A stretch of DNA of 53,830 nt from IMG/VR virus record IMGVR_UViG_3300048135_000646. One strand, 5' to 3'. Below are positions 29,133-39,506 of the stretch, piece after piece. A program made the translations under genes and the position numbers. The notes below the pieces were generated by a model. It searched no databases and was not told the DNA's origin. It saw nothing but the letters and a program-made list of their open reading frames with translations. The DNA comes from an uncultured virus (IMG/VR IMGVR_UViG_3300048135_000646). Taxonomy: Duplodnaviria; Heunggongvirae; Uroviricota; Caudoviricetes. The first letter of the stretch is position 1, and each line of letters starts with the position of its first letter.

Positions 29133-30952
29133 AGTTAATAGAAACAATTTACGAACTTATTCTTGAGGCGAGACCAAAAGAAATATACAAAAAATACTAT
29201 TCAGATATAGAATGGAATGTGTTTCTTAACATAATAAGTTTAGATCCAAAAACAAAACTTAAACAAATACCAGAAGACTACGAAATACTAAAGATTGGTA
29301 AGTACGCTAAGTTACTTATTAAAATGTTTAAATCGAATAAACTAAAACCAGAGGATTATCCAAAGGCAAAAGAGTATCTTACGTTAGTCTACAAACATCA
29401 AGTACCTGTTGATGTGAACAAAGTAAAAGAATTAGGTGACCTATATACCCTCGTGGAGAAATACTATGTTAAGGATGGGGACCGTAATTACTTTGATGTA
29501 GTTAATACTTTAACTGATTCTGATCATAAACTATTAATGAGTGGTGAGAAATGGATCATATACACCCCAACAACTGAGAAAGGTGCCGCTTACTTAGGTC
29601 ACGGTACACAATGGTGTACTGCTTGGGGACCATATTCGACGAATGACCAATATAAAGGTCGTAGTAACCACTTCTCACAACATAATAACAAAGGAAGTCT
29701 ATATGTTATTGTGAAAAGGGACGAACCAACACAGAAATTCCAGTTCCATTTTGAAACTAAACAATTTATGAATCCCGCGGATAGAGGAATTTCCACTTCA
29801 GATTTCTTTAACAAACATAGGGAAGTTACAAAATACTTCTTCCCATCATTGTTTGATGATACACCAGTTGACAGTACTGAATTAGACAGAATGGATTTCT
29901 TAGGTTATGTGGATGTGGCTACATTAACTGAAAAAGAGATTGGGAACACCGACAATAAGTTGGTAGAAATACTAATTAATAACAATGGTGACGAACTTAT
30001 TGAAAAACTAAATGAGGGATCATTTATTAACGACGGTAATGTATTAGATGTGTCGTCGGACCAACGAGACAATAATAGAATAGTATTTACACTTAGTGAG
30101 ATAGGTGATGACGTTGAAACGACAAAATATGCGTTAGATGGGTATAAGTCCGCTTCAGGTCATTATTCAGATCACGGGGAATACCTTAGGAGTGACATAA
30201 CAGATACTGACGAAGATCAGCAAAAAGAAATATTAACACCAATACTCGAAGCATTCTACGATAAAAATTATATCCCTTATGCAAACAGTCGTGATGAATT
30301 TATTAAGAAAATAAGTTTTACGTATTTTGATGAACTTATTAATGATCTTGCGGATGAATACTCCCAATTAAATGAAGAGGGTGTTAGGTCTGCAAATGAA
30401 GTTAAAGAGAATGAGATAACGAAATATATAGACATTGATGAAGATCGTAATAGTCATGACATATACATACCGGTAATGAGGTTAGCTCTGTTTATATCCA
30501 AAGAAAACATTACACAAATAACCGATTGTGAGAGTTTATTTGATGCATATGTTGATAGTAAAGATCTTAACTATGAGTACGAGAACCCAATGTGGGAAAT
30601 TCCATTAGAACAAGTATCACTTAAAGATATGGAAACCCATATCGAGGGTTACTCATCTAAATTAGAAGAAGAGTTTGAATCACATCCCGAATGTGAAAAA
30701 TCAAGAAACGAGTTACAAGAAATACTAAATAAGTATTTTACAAAATATGGTGGTTATAATACAATATACCGTTTTAATAACGAACATGTACAGGTAACAA
30801 TACAAGATAAATTCGATTGTGAAAAGAATGGAGTACCTGTAGAGGTTATAATCGAAGAGAAAGGTGAACGAAAAAGAGAACGATACACAGGTACTATCTC
30901 AATTGAGAAAGTGAAAGAATACATTTCCATGGAACCCCTTATGGAAGAATAA
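29129..30952 (+). CDS. Hypothetical jumbo-phage protein with AAYLGHGTQWCTA motif
   Basis: 607 aa; PTTEKGAAYLGHGTQWCTA...LYVI...KFQFHF, resembling a PcfJ-related module. Confidence 0.65.
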   Translation: MKLIETIYELILEARPKEIYKKYYSDIEWNVFLNIISLDPKTKLKQIPEDYEILKIGKYAKLLIKMFKSNKLKPEDYPKAKEYLTLVYKHQVPVDVNKVKELGDLYTLVEKYYVKDGDRNYFDVVNTLTDSDHKLLMSGEKWIIYTPTTEKGAAYLGHGTQWCTAWGPYSTNDQYKGRSNHFSQHNNKGSLYVIVKRDEPTQKFQFHFETKQFMNPADRGISTSDFFNKHREVTKYFFPSLFDDTPVDSTELDRMDFLGYVDVATLTEKEIGNTDNKLVEILINNNGDELIEKLNEGSFINDGNVLDVSSDQRDNNRIVFTLSEIGDDVETTKYALDGYKSASGHYSDHGEYLRSDITDTDEDQQKEILTPILEAFYDKNYIPYANSRDEFIKKISFTYFDELINDLADEYSQLNEEGVRSANEVKENEITKYIDIDEDRNSHDIYIPVMRLALFISKENITQITDCESLFDAYVDSKDLNYEYENPMWEIPLEQVSLKDMETHIEGYSSKLEEEFESHPECEKSRNELQEILNKYFTKYGGYNTIYRFNNEHVQVTIQDKFDCEKNGVPVEVIIEEKGERKRERYTGTISIEKVKEYISMEPLMEE

Positions 30953-30985
30953 TTAGTATATTCTAAAAATATTCTTAGAATTTAG

Positions 30986-31015
30986 TTGTATATAATAAAA
31001 TAATTATTATCTTTG
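30986..31015 (+). promoter_or_regulatory. Bacteroidota sigma70-type promoter (TTG...TAnnTTTG)
   Basis: TTG at 30986 and TATCTTTG at 31008-31015. The same architecture appears at 33146, 34975, 36292, 39469, 41757, 44843 and 45417. Confidence 0.75.
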
Positions 31016-31042
31016 TCAGTATAAAGGTAAAAATTATATATC

Positions 31043-31330
31043 ATGACAATTAAAGAAATTCAATTCGAACCCCACCAAGTAGGTGGATTCAAATCCAAAA
31101 CAAACATTAAAGACAATATTGATATCTCCATTGTATGTGGTCAGTTTTTCTACTGTTCACCGAGAGCTAACCTATCACATCCACTTGAATACGATTCTTA
31201 TGAGATTGCCATTTTTAGAGATGGTGAGTTCACAAGGGAATTCTATGACGAGTTTCATGATGATGATGTAGTCGGATATATAAGTGAAGATGAAATTACA
31301 AGTTTAATTAATAAAATAAAAAAATCATGA
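31043..31330 (+). CDS. Hypothetical protein
   Basis: ISIVCG..FYCSP...YEIAI...DVVGY, a phage-type motif. Confidence 0.65.
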   Translation: MTIKEIQFEPHQVGGFKSKTNIKDNIDISIVCGQFFYCSPRANLSHPLEYDSYEIAIFRDGEFTREFYDEFHDDDVVGYISEDEITSLINKIKKS

Positions 31331-31438
31331 TACCAAAATTTGAAGATTTAAACCCAAAACTACAAGGGTTTGTAATAGGTGTGGGAGTTACACTACTTAC
31401 GGTTTTTACTACGGGAATATACTTAACACATTTTTAAA

Positions 31439-31924
31439 ATGACATTATTTAATAATCTTAGATACAAAATATTCTGTGATATGGATGGTGTTCTTGTCGA
31501 TTTCGAGAAGGGTTACTTTGAACTCACAGGTTTAGATATATCAGGTCAGTGGCACACCACACCTGAATTTTGGAACCCTATAAATGAAAAGGGTCAGGAG
31601 TTTTGGGACAATTTAGAATGGATGAAGGACGGTAAAAAGTTATGGTCGTATATTGAAGAATATTATCCCGTACTATTGTCCTCCCCATCTCGTAACGGAT
31701 ACGGATCGAGAAAAGGTAAAAACTCTTGGGTTAATAGAGAGTTGCCGGGAGTACCACTTCTATTGGAGTACTCAAACAATAAAAAGAAGTATGCAGGTGA
31801 AGACTGTATATTAATTGATGATAGGGATTCTAACATAGAACAGTGGATATCTAATGGTGGTATAGGTATTTTACATAAAGATTTTGATACTACCGTAATT
31901 GAATTAGAAAAATTAGGATTATGA
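31439..31924 (+). CDS. HAD-family 5'(3')-deoxyribonucleotidase-like protein
   Basis: CDMDGVLVDF, LSSP, GK..W and ILIDD. Confidence 0.85.
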   Translation: MTLFNNLRYKIFCDMDGVLVDFEKGYFELTGLDISGQWHTTPEFWNPINEKGQEFWDNLEWMKDGKKLWSYIEEYYPVLLSSPSRNGYGSRKGKNSWVNRELPGVPLLLEYSNNKKKYAGEDCILIDDRDSNIEQWISNGGIGILHKDFDTTVIELEKLGL

Positions 31925-32382
31925 TTAATAACACAAATAGTTTTCAAACAAATTTAAATGGATCGTCAGTCGATAAACCATCACAATGGATAAAAATACA
32001 TTGGTTTGTATTGGCCATAGGTGTAACATATTTCTCACCAGAATTTGGTTTAATCCCTTTGGTAATATGGTTATACCATGTAGTTGACCTATACTTTTGG
32101 TCATGGACATATACCTCAGATTCCATTATTGAGAGAAGGGGTATATTAAACGTGAATACAGAAGAGATACAATACTTTAGAATAAAAGACGTTCAATTGT
32201 ATGAACCATTTCTATATAGGTTAGTAGGGTTGTCTAAAATCATTTTAATCACCTCAGACGAAACAAAACCAATTATAGTACTCAATGGTATCGAAGATGG
32301 AAAAGGTAAGCGAGAGATGTTTAAAACGTTCGCTCTGAAGTCGAGAAGGTCTGAAGGTATACGTGAATTTGATATTAGATAA
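31921..32382 (+). CDS. Bacterial PH-domain (bPH_2) membrane protein
   Basis: Two TM segments followed by RRGILN..EEIQYFRIKDV....FLYRLVGL. Confidence 0.75.
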   Translation: MINNTNSFQTNLNGSSVDKPSQWIKIHWFVLAIGVTYFSPEFGLIPLVIWLYHVVDLYFWSWTYTSDSIIERRGILNVNTEEIQYFRIKDVQLYEPFLYRLVGLSKIILITSDETKPIIVLNGIEDGKGKREMFKTFALKSRRSEGIREFDIR

Positions 32383-32401
32383 AAAATTATGTATATTTAT
32401 T

Positions 32402-32605
32402 ATGAAACAGGTATTAACCATGATTTATTTAAGTTCGGTTGACTCGTACTATGATCAACAAACAGGTCTTGTTTATGTATGTAAATCAAAATCATGTAGG
32501 GACACCAATGAAGGTATAATACTAAAAGAGATGAAGGAGCAATGGTGGGAAAGTCTCACATCTTCAGATCTATCAAGGATCCACTCAAATGGGGGTTTGT
32601 ATTAA
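32402..32605 (+). CDS. Hypothetical protein
   Basis: Short ORF after TATTTAT; probable start at 32402. Confidence 0.5.
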   Translation: MKQVLTMIYLSSVDSYYDQQTGLVYVCKSKSCRDTNEGIILKEMKEQWWESLTSSDLSRIHSNGGLY

Positions 32606-32989
32606 ATGAAATTTGCACTTATAGCACACGATAACAAAAAGGCGGACATGGTCGCATTTGTGTCAAAAAGATTACCATTTTTTAATAGGGAAGATGTAGA
32701 TATAGTAACTACGGGAACAACAGGTAAACACTGTAAACATGCCGGTATTAAGAATTTAGAGACAGTAAATTCAGGACCACTTGGTGGAGACGCTGAGATT
32801 GCCACTAAAGTCGTTAATGGTGAAATAACGGGTGTCATATTTATGAGAGACCCTTTAGATAAACACCCACATGATGTTGATATCAGTATGTTGATGAGGT
32901 TATGTGATGTTCACAATGTCCCACTCGCAACAAACTACAAAACTGCGAGTATCCTTATTAAGTGGTTTAAGATGAACAACGTAAAATAA
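32606..32989 (+). CDS. mgsA: Methylglyoxal synthase
   Basis: ALIAHDNKK, TTGTTG, SGPLGGDAEI, RDPL..HPHDVDI and CDVHNVPLATN. Confidence 0.95.
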   Translation: MKFALIAHDNKKADMVAFVSKRLPFFNREDVDIVTTGTTGKHCKHAGIKNLETVNSGPLGGDAEIATKVVNGEITGVIFMRDPLDKHPHDVDISMLMRLCDVHNVPLATNYKTASILIKWFKMNNVK

Positions 32990-33177
32990 TTATATGTTTG
33001 AGTACCTCTTCAATTTGTTTTTGGGTGGAAGTTTTTTCCTAATCATTATATTCTTGATTAAGAGTATTAAGAGTGATAAGAAAAAATAATCACTAGTATA
33101 TATTAAAAATTTTTAGTATTTTGTTTGTATATTCAAAAATATTGTTATCTTTGTATAAGAATAAAAAATTAAATATT

Positions 33178-33462
33178 ATGAAAAAGTTAATTGTAATGAT
33201 GGTGTTAGGGGTATGTTTTACCTCTTGTGTTGAAACTAAAGAAGTACCTAAATGTCAAAGTACTGAGGTTGTGTCTGTGGAAGACCCGAACAAAGAATTA
33301 TTCGAGATATTTGAAAAAGAAAAGTCAGAGGGTGTACTATACCACAAATTTAATGGTAAGTTTTATACAGAAACCCAAATGGATTCTATAGATCAAGTTA
33401 TAAATGATCTAATCACAAAACAAATGATTGAAGAATTGGATTCTACTACCTCTTCGCAGTAA
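33178..33462 (+). CDS. Putative lipoprotein
   Basis: MKKLIVMMVLGVCFTSC lipobox; start reassigned to 33178. Confidence 0.65.
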   Translation: MKKLIVMMVLGVCFTSCVETKEVPKCQSTEVVSVEDPNKELFEIFEKEKSEGVLYHKFNGKFYTETQMDSIDQVINDLITKQMIEELDSTTSSQ

Positions 33463-34903
33463 TTGGGTTACCACATAGATCCGTTTCCAATAGAGTTACC
33501 TCTTTCAAACTACCTCTAGTAACTGTTACTGATGGGTATCCCCTATACTTAGGTTTACTCTCACCGTCTTTAGTTATCTTAACGAAGGGAACATCACTGT
33601 GGGATCCTTTACTGTAATAATGTGAGTATGGTCCTGATCGTGATACTAAAGGTACCATACTTAAAATTATTTTGTTATCTTTTATTTTACCCTGATCGAA
33701 TATCTCCTTAGCTTTGGCGGTGTCTATGGTAAATGTTTGAGCTCTTTTACCTCCAAATTTCTTATCGGAAGTTCTACCAGGTAGATTTGTTAATTTTTGG
33801 TGTAACGCTTTAACGGTCTTATTTTTTTGATCCTTATCAAATTTGAACGGTTTACCAACAGACCTTTTTAATGTATTCATATCATACTTTGAGAAAGGGG
33901 TCATCCCCTTACGGTCTTCGATCATTTTATTTAACATTTCTTTAGTAAAAACAGTTTCATCGTTGTAAGTTACCTTAAGTGGATTGTTCTTTCTATAAAA
34001 TGATTGCACGTATGTTTTATAGGAGGGTACATCACCTCTAGTTGTTAAATCCCCTATTCGTTTACCATCAAATACATACTCTTTATAAGAGGTTTCAGGG
34101 TTGGATGTTCTCCAGTTAGTATATTTTCTACGTTCCGCATTTATCATCTTAGAGTACATCTTGTCATTATGTGTTTTTATCAATTTCTTAACCGCAAGCA
34201 TAGGATCAGTTAAAACTATATTTTTTGTAAAACCTGAAGTATCGTACTTACCATTATTTAGATTTGCAATACCTAAGGATACTCCATTCATTTTCAATTC
34301 AAATAACGCCTCATCACATTTGTGACCTGTTGTACCTATGTAACCTATTAAGACCTTTAAACCGATTAGACATTCACTCTGACTTGATGCGGTTATTTTT
34401 AATCTAACAAATTGTTCTTCCTTATATCTTGGATCCTTTGGATCGTCTCCTTTCGTTCTATCGTAAGGTGTGGAACCTACAATAGTTTTAGGTTTTGGAA
34501 TTGATGGGTATGTAAATGAGACCCCCGCATTTTCTAATTTTTTAAAGAAATTATTTAAATAACCAACCAATGACTCACCTCTCTTGGTAGAAAGGTACCC
34601 CGGTGGTACTTTTTTACGTCCCATTTCGTTATCGTAATTTGTAACTCTAGACTCACCCGCTTCAACCTGAATAGTTAATTTAGTTTGAGGGTTTGATCTT
34701 AAGAATTTTTGAATAACCATCATTTGGTTATTTAAATTTTGAACCTGTTTGGATGTAATCTTATACATACCAGAATTCCACACTGATTTAAAATCAACTG
34801 TCTCCGTTTTTGTTATAGGATTAAACCCAACGGATTGTTCATTAATTGTTTTATAGTCACTAATTAATTTTTTAACCTGACTTTCAGAAAGATGTATTTT
34901 CAT
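33446..34903 (-). CDS. Virion-type protein with OmpA-like region
   Basis: MKIHLSESQVKKLI N-terminus; IQVEAGES...LSTKRGESLVGYL...QFVRL resembles the OmpA C-terminal domain. Confidence 0.55.
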   Translation of the reverse strand: MKIHLSESQVKKLISDYKTINEQSVGFNPITKTETVDFKSVWNSGMYKITSKQVQNLNNQMMVIQKFLRSNPQTKLTIQVEAGESRVTNYDNEMGRKKVPPGYLSTKRGESLVGYLNNFFKKLENAGVSFTYPSIPKPKTIVGSTPYDRTKGDDPKDPRYKEEQFVRLKITASSQSECLIGLKVLIGYIGTTGHKCDEALFELKMNGVSLGIANLNNGKYDTSGFTKNIVLTDPMLAVKKLIKTHNDKMYSKMINAERRKYTNWRTSNPETSYKEYVFDGKRIGDLTTRGDVPSYKTYVQSFYRKNNPLKVTYNDETVFTKEMLNKMIEDRKGMTPFSKYDMNTLKRSVGKPFKFDKDQKNKTVKALHQKLTNLPGRTSDKKFGGKRAQTFTIDTAKAKEIFDQGKIKDNKIILSMVPLVSRSGPYSHYYSKGSHSDVPFVKITKDGESKPKYRGYPSVTVTRGSLKEVTLLETDLCGNPITAKR

Positions 34904-35007
34904 AATATTACGATATTACTATAAATATCATAAAAAATATAAAATATTTATTTTGATATATCAACTAGTATTATTATATTTGTACCCTAAACCTTAAAAA
35001 AGTTATT

Positions 35008-36267
35008 ATGAAAACATATAATATTAGATTATTAATTTTATCAGTTCTTTTTATTATCCTTTCATGTCAAAAAGAAGAATTATTATTGGAGGATGAGATA
35101 GTAATTGAGGACACCATACAACCCACAGTATTTGAAGGTGGTGAATACTTAACAGTACCTGAGTATTTAACAACCCCAATAAGTGGTTCGGAGTTAATCA
35201 TACCTACTATCATAATAAATTACATACCATCTAATGATGGTACTACCATCACAAATGAGTTCGCCGAATTAGAGGCGGTAAGAGATTGGGGTAATAATGT
35301 GATTTATGGTTTGAGTGTTGAGTCAGTCTTGAACTATTTCAAGGGTAGTGATATTAGACAAAAATGGTCTATGGAGGAAGGTTCAAGGTACCATGGACAA
35401 GAAGATAATACCTCAACACCATACTTAGGTTTTGATGTAATTGAATATATTAATATATATGAAATGGATTTCAATGAACAAGGACAAATTGATTATTTTA
35501 AGTTATTTGATAAGTTGGACATCAAAACTAAAGTTGAGGATTTGGGGGTAAAAGAAATATGGTTTAATCACTTCCCTGATGGTTATAGTATACCTGAAAG
35601 TAACATGAGTAGTCCACATAAAATATTCACACATAACGGATCGTTAACTAGTGATGTATCAAATAGTTACCGTAATGATGATGATTTACCCATATATAAT
35701 AAAACATACGTAGTTTACGGACAAACGGGTTGGTATTCAAACAATCTACATAATAGGGGTCACCAAATCGAAGCTCAATTAAGTATATGGGAAACTTATA
35801 GGAACAATTACGATTTATCTTATTTGTTTTATCAGAAGTTTGGGGGTTATCCTGAAGGAGAACCACAACCTTATTATAGAGGTGGTAGGGTTGGTTTGGT
35901 ACACTATCCACCCAATGCGGATGGTGATTACCATTACGATAGTGATGTTCCTGTTGAGAGTGATATATTGGATTGGATACCTAATGGGGGTGGATCTACT
36001 AAAACAATTAGTAAAAGTGATTGGGCATACCCAAGAACGATGGAAATACCCACACCTACCATTAATGACCACGATAGGTTCGGTTCTTACGGAGGTAGTT
36101 ATGAGGTTGGTAATGACCCCCACGGTGGTTGGTTAATATATTGGATGCAGTCTATACCATCTACTAATAATGACATACCATACGGGGATCACACAATAAC
36201 AAATTGGTGGGATATCATCTATAAATGGGATGAAACAATAGTAAATAATCATAATTTATTCGAATAA
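35008..36267 (+). CDS. Lipoprotein, possible metallopeptidase-like
   Basis: Lipobox IILSC; HNRGHQIE resembles a variant zincin motif. Confidence 0.55.
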   Translation: MKTYNIRLLILSVLFIILSCQKEELLLEDEIVIEDTIQPTVFEGGEYLTVPEYLTTPISGSELIIPTIIINYIPSNDGTTITNEFAELEAVRDWGNNVIYGLSVESVLNYFKGSDIRQKWSMEEGSRYHGQEDNTSTPYLGFDVIEYINIYEMDFNEQGQIDYFKLFDKLDIKTKVEDLGVKEIWFNHFPDGYSIPESNMSSPHKIFTHNGSLTSDVSNSYRNDDDLPIYNKTYVVYGQTGWYSNNLHNRGHQIEAQLSIWETYRNNYDLSYLFYQKFGGYPEGEPQPYYRGGRVGLVHYPPNADGDYHYDSDVPVESDILDWIPNGGGSTKTISKSDWAYPRTMEIPTPTINDHDRFGSYGGSYEVGNDPHGGWLIYWMQSIPSTNNDIPYGDHTITNWWDIIYKWDETIVNNHNLFE

Positions 36268-36320
36268 TTTGTATATTCTAAAAAACATTAGTATATTTGT
36301 TTAAATAAAAAAAGTAAAAG

Positions 36321-36875
36321 ATGAAAACATTAGTAATTCACCCTAACGACAGAAGTACGTGGTTTTTAGAGAATGTTTATAAGAACATAGAAAACCTAAC
36401 ACTGGTTACGGGTAATGTAAGTAGAAATGAAGTGAAATCAATGATAAGAGATCACGATCGTGTTATGATGATGGGTCATGGGTCACCTGGAGGATTATTC
36501 AGTGTAGGTCAATTCCCTTCACAATCCAATAATGGATATATTATTGATAGTGAAATGGTTGAACTTTTAAAGGAGAAAGATAACTCTATTTTTATATGGT
36601 GTAATGCCGATCAATTCGTGGAAAGACACAACCTTAAAGGTTTTTATACGGGTATGTTTATTAGTGAGGTGGGTGAAGCGATGTATTGTGGACTACCTAA
36701 AACCAGACAACCCGAGGTAGATGAGTCTAACTTCTCCTTCGTCGATATTATGGGTGAGTGTATTGATCACGATCCAAAAACAATTCATTTCATCGCCACG
36801 GAAAGATATGGTAAGTTAACGGATCATAATCCCGTTGCTAAGTATAATCACGAACGTTTATATGTAAATCAATAA
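36321..36875 (+). CDS. Hypothetical protein (MMGHGSP...WCNAD)
   Basis: 184 aa; the GHG...WC spacing is reminiscent of a caspase/gingipain-fold dyad (weak). Confidence 0.6.
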   Translation: MKTLVIHPNDRSTWFLENVYKNIENLTLVTGNVSRNEVKSMIRDHDRVMMMGHGSPGGLFSVGQFPSQSNNGYIIDSEMVELLKEKDNSIFIWCNADQFVERHNLKGFYTGMFISEVGEAMYCGLPKTRQPEVDESNFSFVDIMGECIDHDPKTIHFIATERYGKLTDHNPVAKYNHERLYVNQ

Positions 36876-36878
36876 GTT

Positions 36879-36983
36879 ATGGTATCAGAATGTTGTGGGG
36901 CATCCCCATGGTTAGGAAATGAGGATTTAGGTAGGTGTGGTGACTGTAAAGAATGGTGTGAATTTATAGAGGAGGAGGAATAG
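36879..36983 (+). CDS. 34-aa zinc-binding peptide
   Basis: MVSECCGASPWLGNEDLGRCGDCKEWCEFIEEEE*. Confidence 0.55.
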   Translation: MVSECCGASPWLGNEDLGRCGDCKEWCEFIEEEE

Positions 36984-36985
36984 TT

Positions 36986-37516
36986 ATGGAGTGGTATTTA
37001 GAAACTGATATGTTGATTGCCTACTTAGTCGTGGGTGTCTCCACTATATTATTATTATTACGTAATCGATACGAATATAATCCGAAACTTAGAGATATGG
37101 AAGATCCTCACATTATGGATGCCATAGATAATTTTGGGAGAATGATGAGTAATATCTACTCATTACCACCAGTTAAAATAGTAATTGAAGACCTAAGTAA
37201 TGAAAGTGCGGTCTACGTTGATGGTCCTATTGAAGCATGTTTTATGCCTAAAGACAAAAATGGATCAAGAATAATTATTGACTTAGAGAGATTAAAAAGT
37301 GATGGTTGGGACCTAAGTACCTTATGTTCTGTTGTAATTCATGAGTATACCCATTACTATGACTGTTCCCTTTTCGACGATTACAAAGATTGGTTAAAGG
37401 ATTATGAATCCAATCCATGGCACTACGAATTACGTTCCAAACAATCTGAAAAAGATTATACAAAAACACTTATGAAAGAGTATTGTGCACTTACTGAACA
37501 AACTAATAGTTTGTAA
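36986..37516 (+). CDS. Membrane-anchored HExxH metallopeptidase-like protein
   Basis: N-terminal TM segment; VIHEYTHYYD...PWHYELRS. Confidence 0.65.
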   Translation: MEWYLETDMLIAYLVVGVSTILLLLRNRYEYNPKLRDMEDPHIMDAIDNFGRMMSNIYSLPPVKIVIEDLSNESAVYVDGPIEACFMPKDKNGSRIIIDLERLKSDGWDLSTLCSVVIHEYTHYYDCSLFDDYKDWLKDYESNPWHYELRSKQSEKDYTKTLMKEYCALTEQTNSL

Positions 37517-37537
37517 ACTCACTAAAAAATAAACTAT

Positions 37538-38164
37538 ATGGCAAAGTATAAATTAGAAATGTATGGATGGGAAGTTGAGTCAACAGGACATTCAATAACA
37601 GATGAACAGGTTAAGTCTATTGAAGATTTAATTAAAACTAAGGGTGTTAATGAATTATGGGAAGTCCGTTTCGACATTGAAGACGAGGGTATAATTGAGG
37701 ATCTTTATAATCCTGACTTATGGCATGTATCAAGAGCCTCAGATAATGGTGGGTTATGGTTTGTTGTAAATGATGAGAATGGAAAAGAGGTCTTGAGTTT
37801 CAATGGTGAGGACATGAATGATTTTTACGAAGTATTAGGTGATGCAGCTGATGATGTACCATATGAAGGGTACTTAGCAATACCTGGTGAAGGTGACAAA
37901 TCAAAATCAGAAAACATATTTGTAACCTTTGATGAGAGTAAGGGTGGTGTGGCGGAGTTCGAACCTTTTGAATCGGACACAGTACCAACGGCGAAAGATT
38001 TCTGTTATCAAAGTGGAGACATTGGAACACCTGAAGGTGATTGGGACTTTGTCTCTAAAGTATTTTTTAGGGGTGTGGAGTTAGAAGTTTATGATCATTT
38101 GGATAATCGTGGTAAATCATCCACAGTCGAAATTTACCGTAAAAACAAACCCACAATTTCATAA
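37538..38164 (+). CDS. Acidic hypothetical protein
   Basis: 208-aa ORF. Confidence 0.65.
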   Translation: MAKYKLEMYGWEVESTGHSITDEQVKSIEDLIKTKGVNELWEVRFDIEDEGIIEDLYNPDLWHVSRASDNGGLWFVVNDENGKEVLSFNGEDMNDFYEVLGDAADDVPYEGYLAIPGEGDKSKSENIFVTFDESKGGVAEFEPFESDTVPTAKDFCYQSGDIGTPEGDWDFVSKVFFRGVELEVYDHLDNRGKSSTVEIYRKNKPTIS

Positions 38165-38213
38165 ACGGTTGATTAATTCAAATTATTTATCTATATTTTA
38201 AAAAAAGTATAGT

Positions 38214-38462
38214 ATGGATAGTAATGAATTTGTAATATGGTTAAGAGGTTTCGTTGAAGCTTCAGGTACAGAATTAAGTGTCACTCAACTAAGTACCGTA
38301 AAAAATAAATTAGAAACCGTAACTGAGGTTGAATGTGGTTATAGTAATCCATTAATACCTCCAACTTATTCTCCACCTACCATTTCACCAAACACCCCTT
38401 TTGACACACCAGACAAAATATGGTGTTCCACAAATACAGGGGGAGTTGATTTTAACCAATAG
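38214..38462 (+). CDS. Hypothetical protein
   Basis: FVIWLRGFVE motif and Pro-rich tail. Confidence 0.6.
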   Translation: MDSNEFVIWLRGFVEASGTELSVTQLSTVKNKLETVTEVECGYSNPLIPPTYSPPTISPNTPFDTPDKIWCSTNTGGVDFNQ

Positions 38463-38476
38463 AAAATTTAAATTAT

Positions 38477-39445
38477 ATGATTAGAACCGCAGAATGTGTA
38501 TCCCCAATGCACCCAGATAAGATGTGTGACAGAATTTCGGACACATTATTAGACCTACATTTAGAACAAGATCCTAACTCACGATGTGCAATTGAAACTT
38601 GTGGTGGTATGGGAGAAGTTTACATTACAGGAGAAGTTACTTCAAATGCGGTAGTAACAAGAGAAAATATTGTAAAGGTAGTTCATGATGTAACTACCGA
38701 TAACACAATTAATGTTATTATTAATATCAATCAACAATCATCGGAGATTGCTCAAGGAGTTGATATTGGTGGTGCAGGTGACCAAGGAATTATGATTGGT
38801 TATGCTTGTAGAGATAACGATCAAAAATTACCACAGGAATATTTCTTGGCACGTGAATTAAACAAACTTGTATTCGAATTCTTTCCATATGATGGAAAAA
38901 CTCAAGTTACAATGAATGGTAACTCACTTAGAGTTGTATGTTCATTTCAAAACGCACCTCAACACAAATTAGAAGAGTTATGTGTTTTATTTTTTGAAGA
39001 AAATTATCCAATGTATAGGATAGAGTCACTTCATTGTAATCCTGCGGGTGATTGGAACATTGGTGGTTTTACCGCTGATGCGGGTTTAACGGGAAGAAAA
39101 CTAGCAGTGGATAACTACGGACCACGAATACCTATTGGTGGTGGTGCGTTTAGTGGTAAGGACGCAACTAAGGTTGATAGATCCGCAGCATATATGGGAA
39201 GAAGAATTGCAGTGGATATTTTAGAACAAAGACCAGAGGTAAAAGAAGTTATGGTTCAACTTGCGTATGCAATTGGATATGACCAACCACTCCAAGCAAC
39301 TGCAATCGTTGATGGGAAACATGAATTTATCAAAGGATATGATTTATCACCTAAAGGTATAATTGATTTCTTAGAATTAAGAAGACCGATATATAAAGAT
39401 ACCGCGTCATTTGGACACATGGGATGTGATTTTACGTGGAAATAG
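38477..39445 (+). CDS. metK: S-adenosylmethionine synthetase
   Basis: HPDKMCDRISD, GAGDQG, DGKTQV, GLTGRK and GGGAFSGKDATKVDRSAAY. Confidence 0.96.
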   Translation: MIRTAECVSPMHPDKMCDRISDTLLDLHLEQDPNSRCAIETCGGMGEVYITGEVTSNAVVTRENIVKVVHDVTTDNTINVIININQQSSEIAQGVDIGGAGDQGIMIGYACRDNDQKLPQEYFLARELNKLVFEFFPYDGKTQVTMNGNSLRVVCSFQNAPQHKLEELCVLFFEENYPMYRIESLHCNPAGDWNIGGFTADAGLTGRKLAVDNYGPRIPIGGGAFSGKDATKVDRSAAYMGRRIAVDILEQRPEVKEVMVQLAYAIGYDQPLQATAIVDGKHEFIKGYDLSPKGIIDFLELRRPIYKDTASFGHMGCDFTWK

Positions 39446-39506
39446 TTGATTATTAAAATTATTTGCGGTATATTTGTAATATCATAAAAATTAAATATTT
39501 AAAAAC

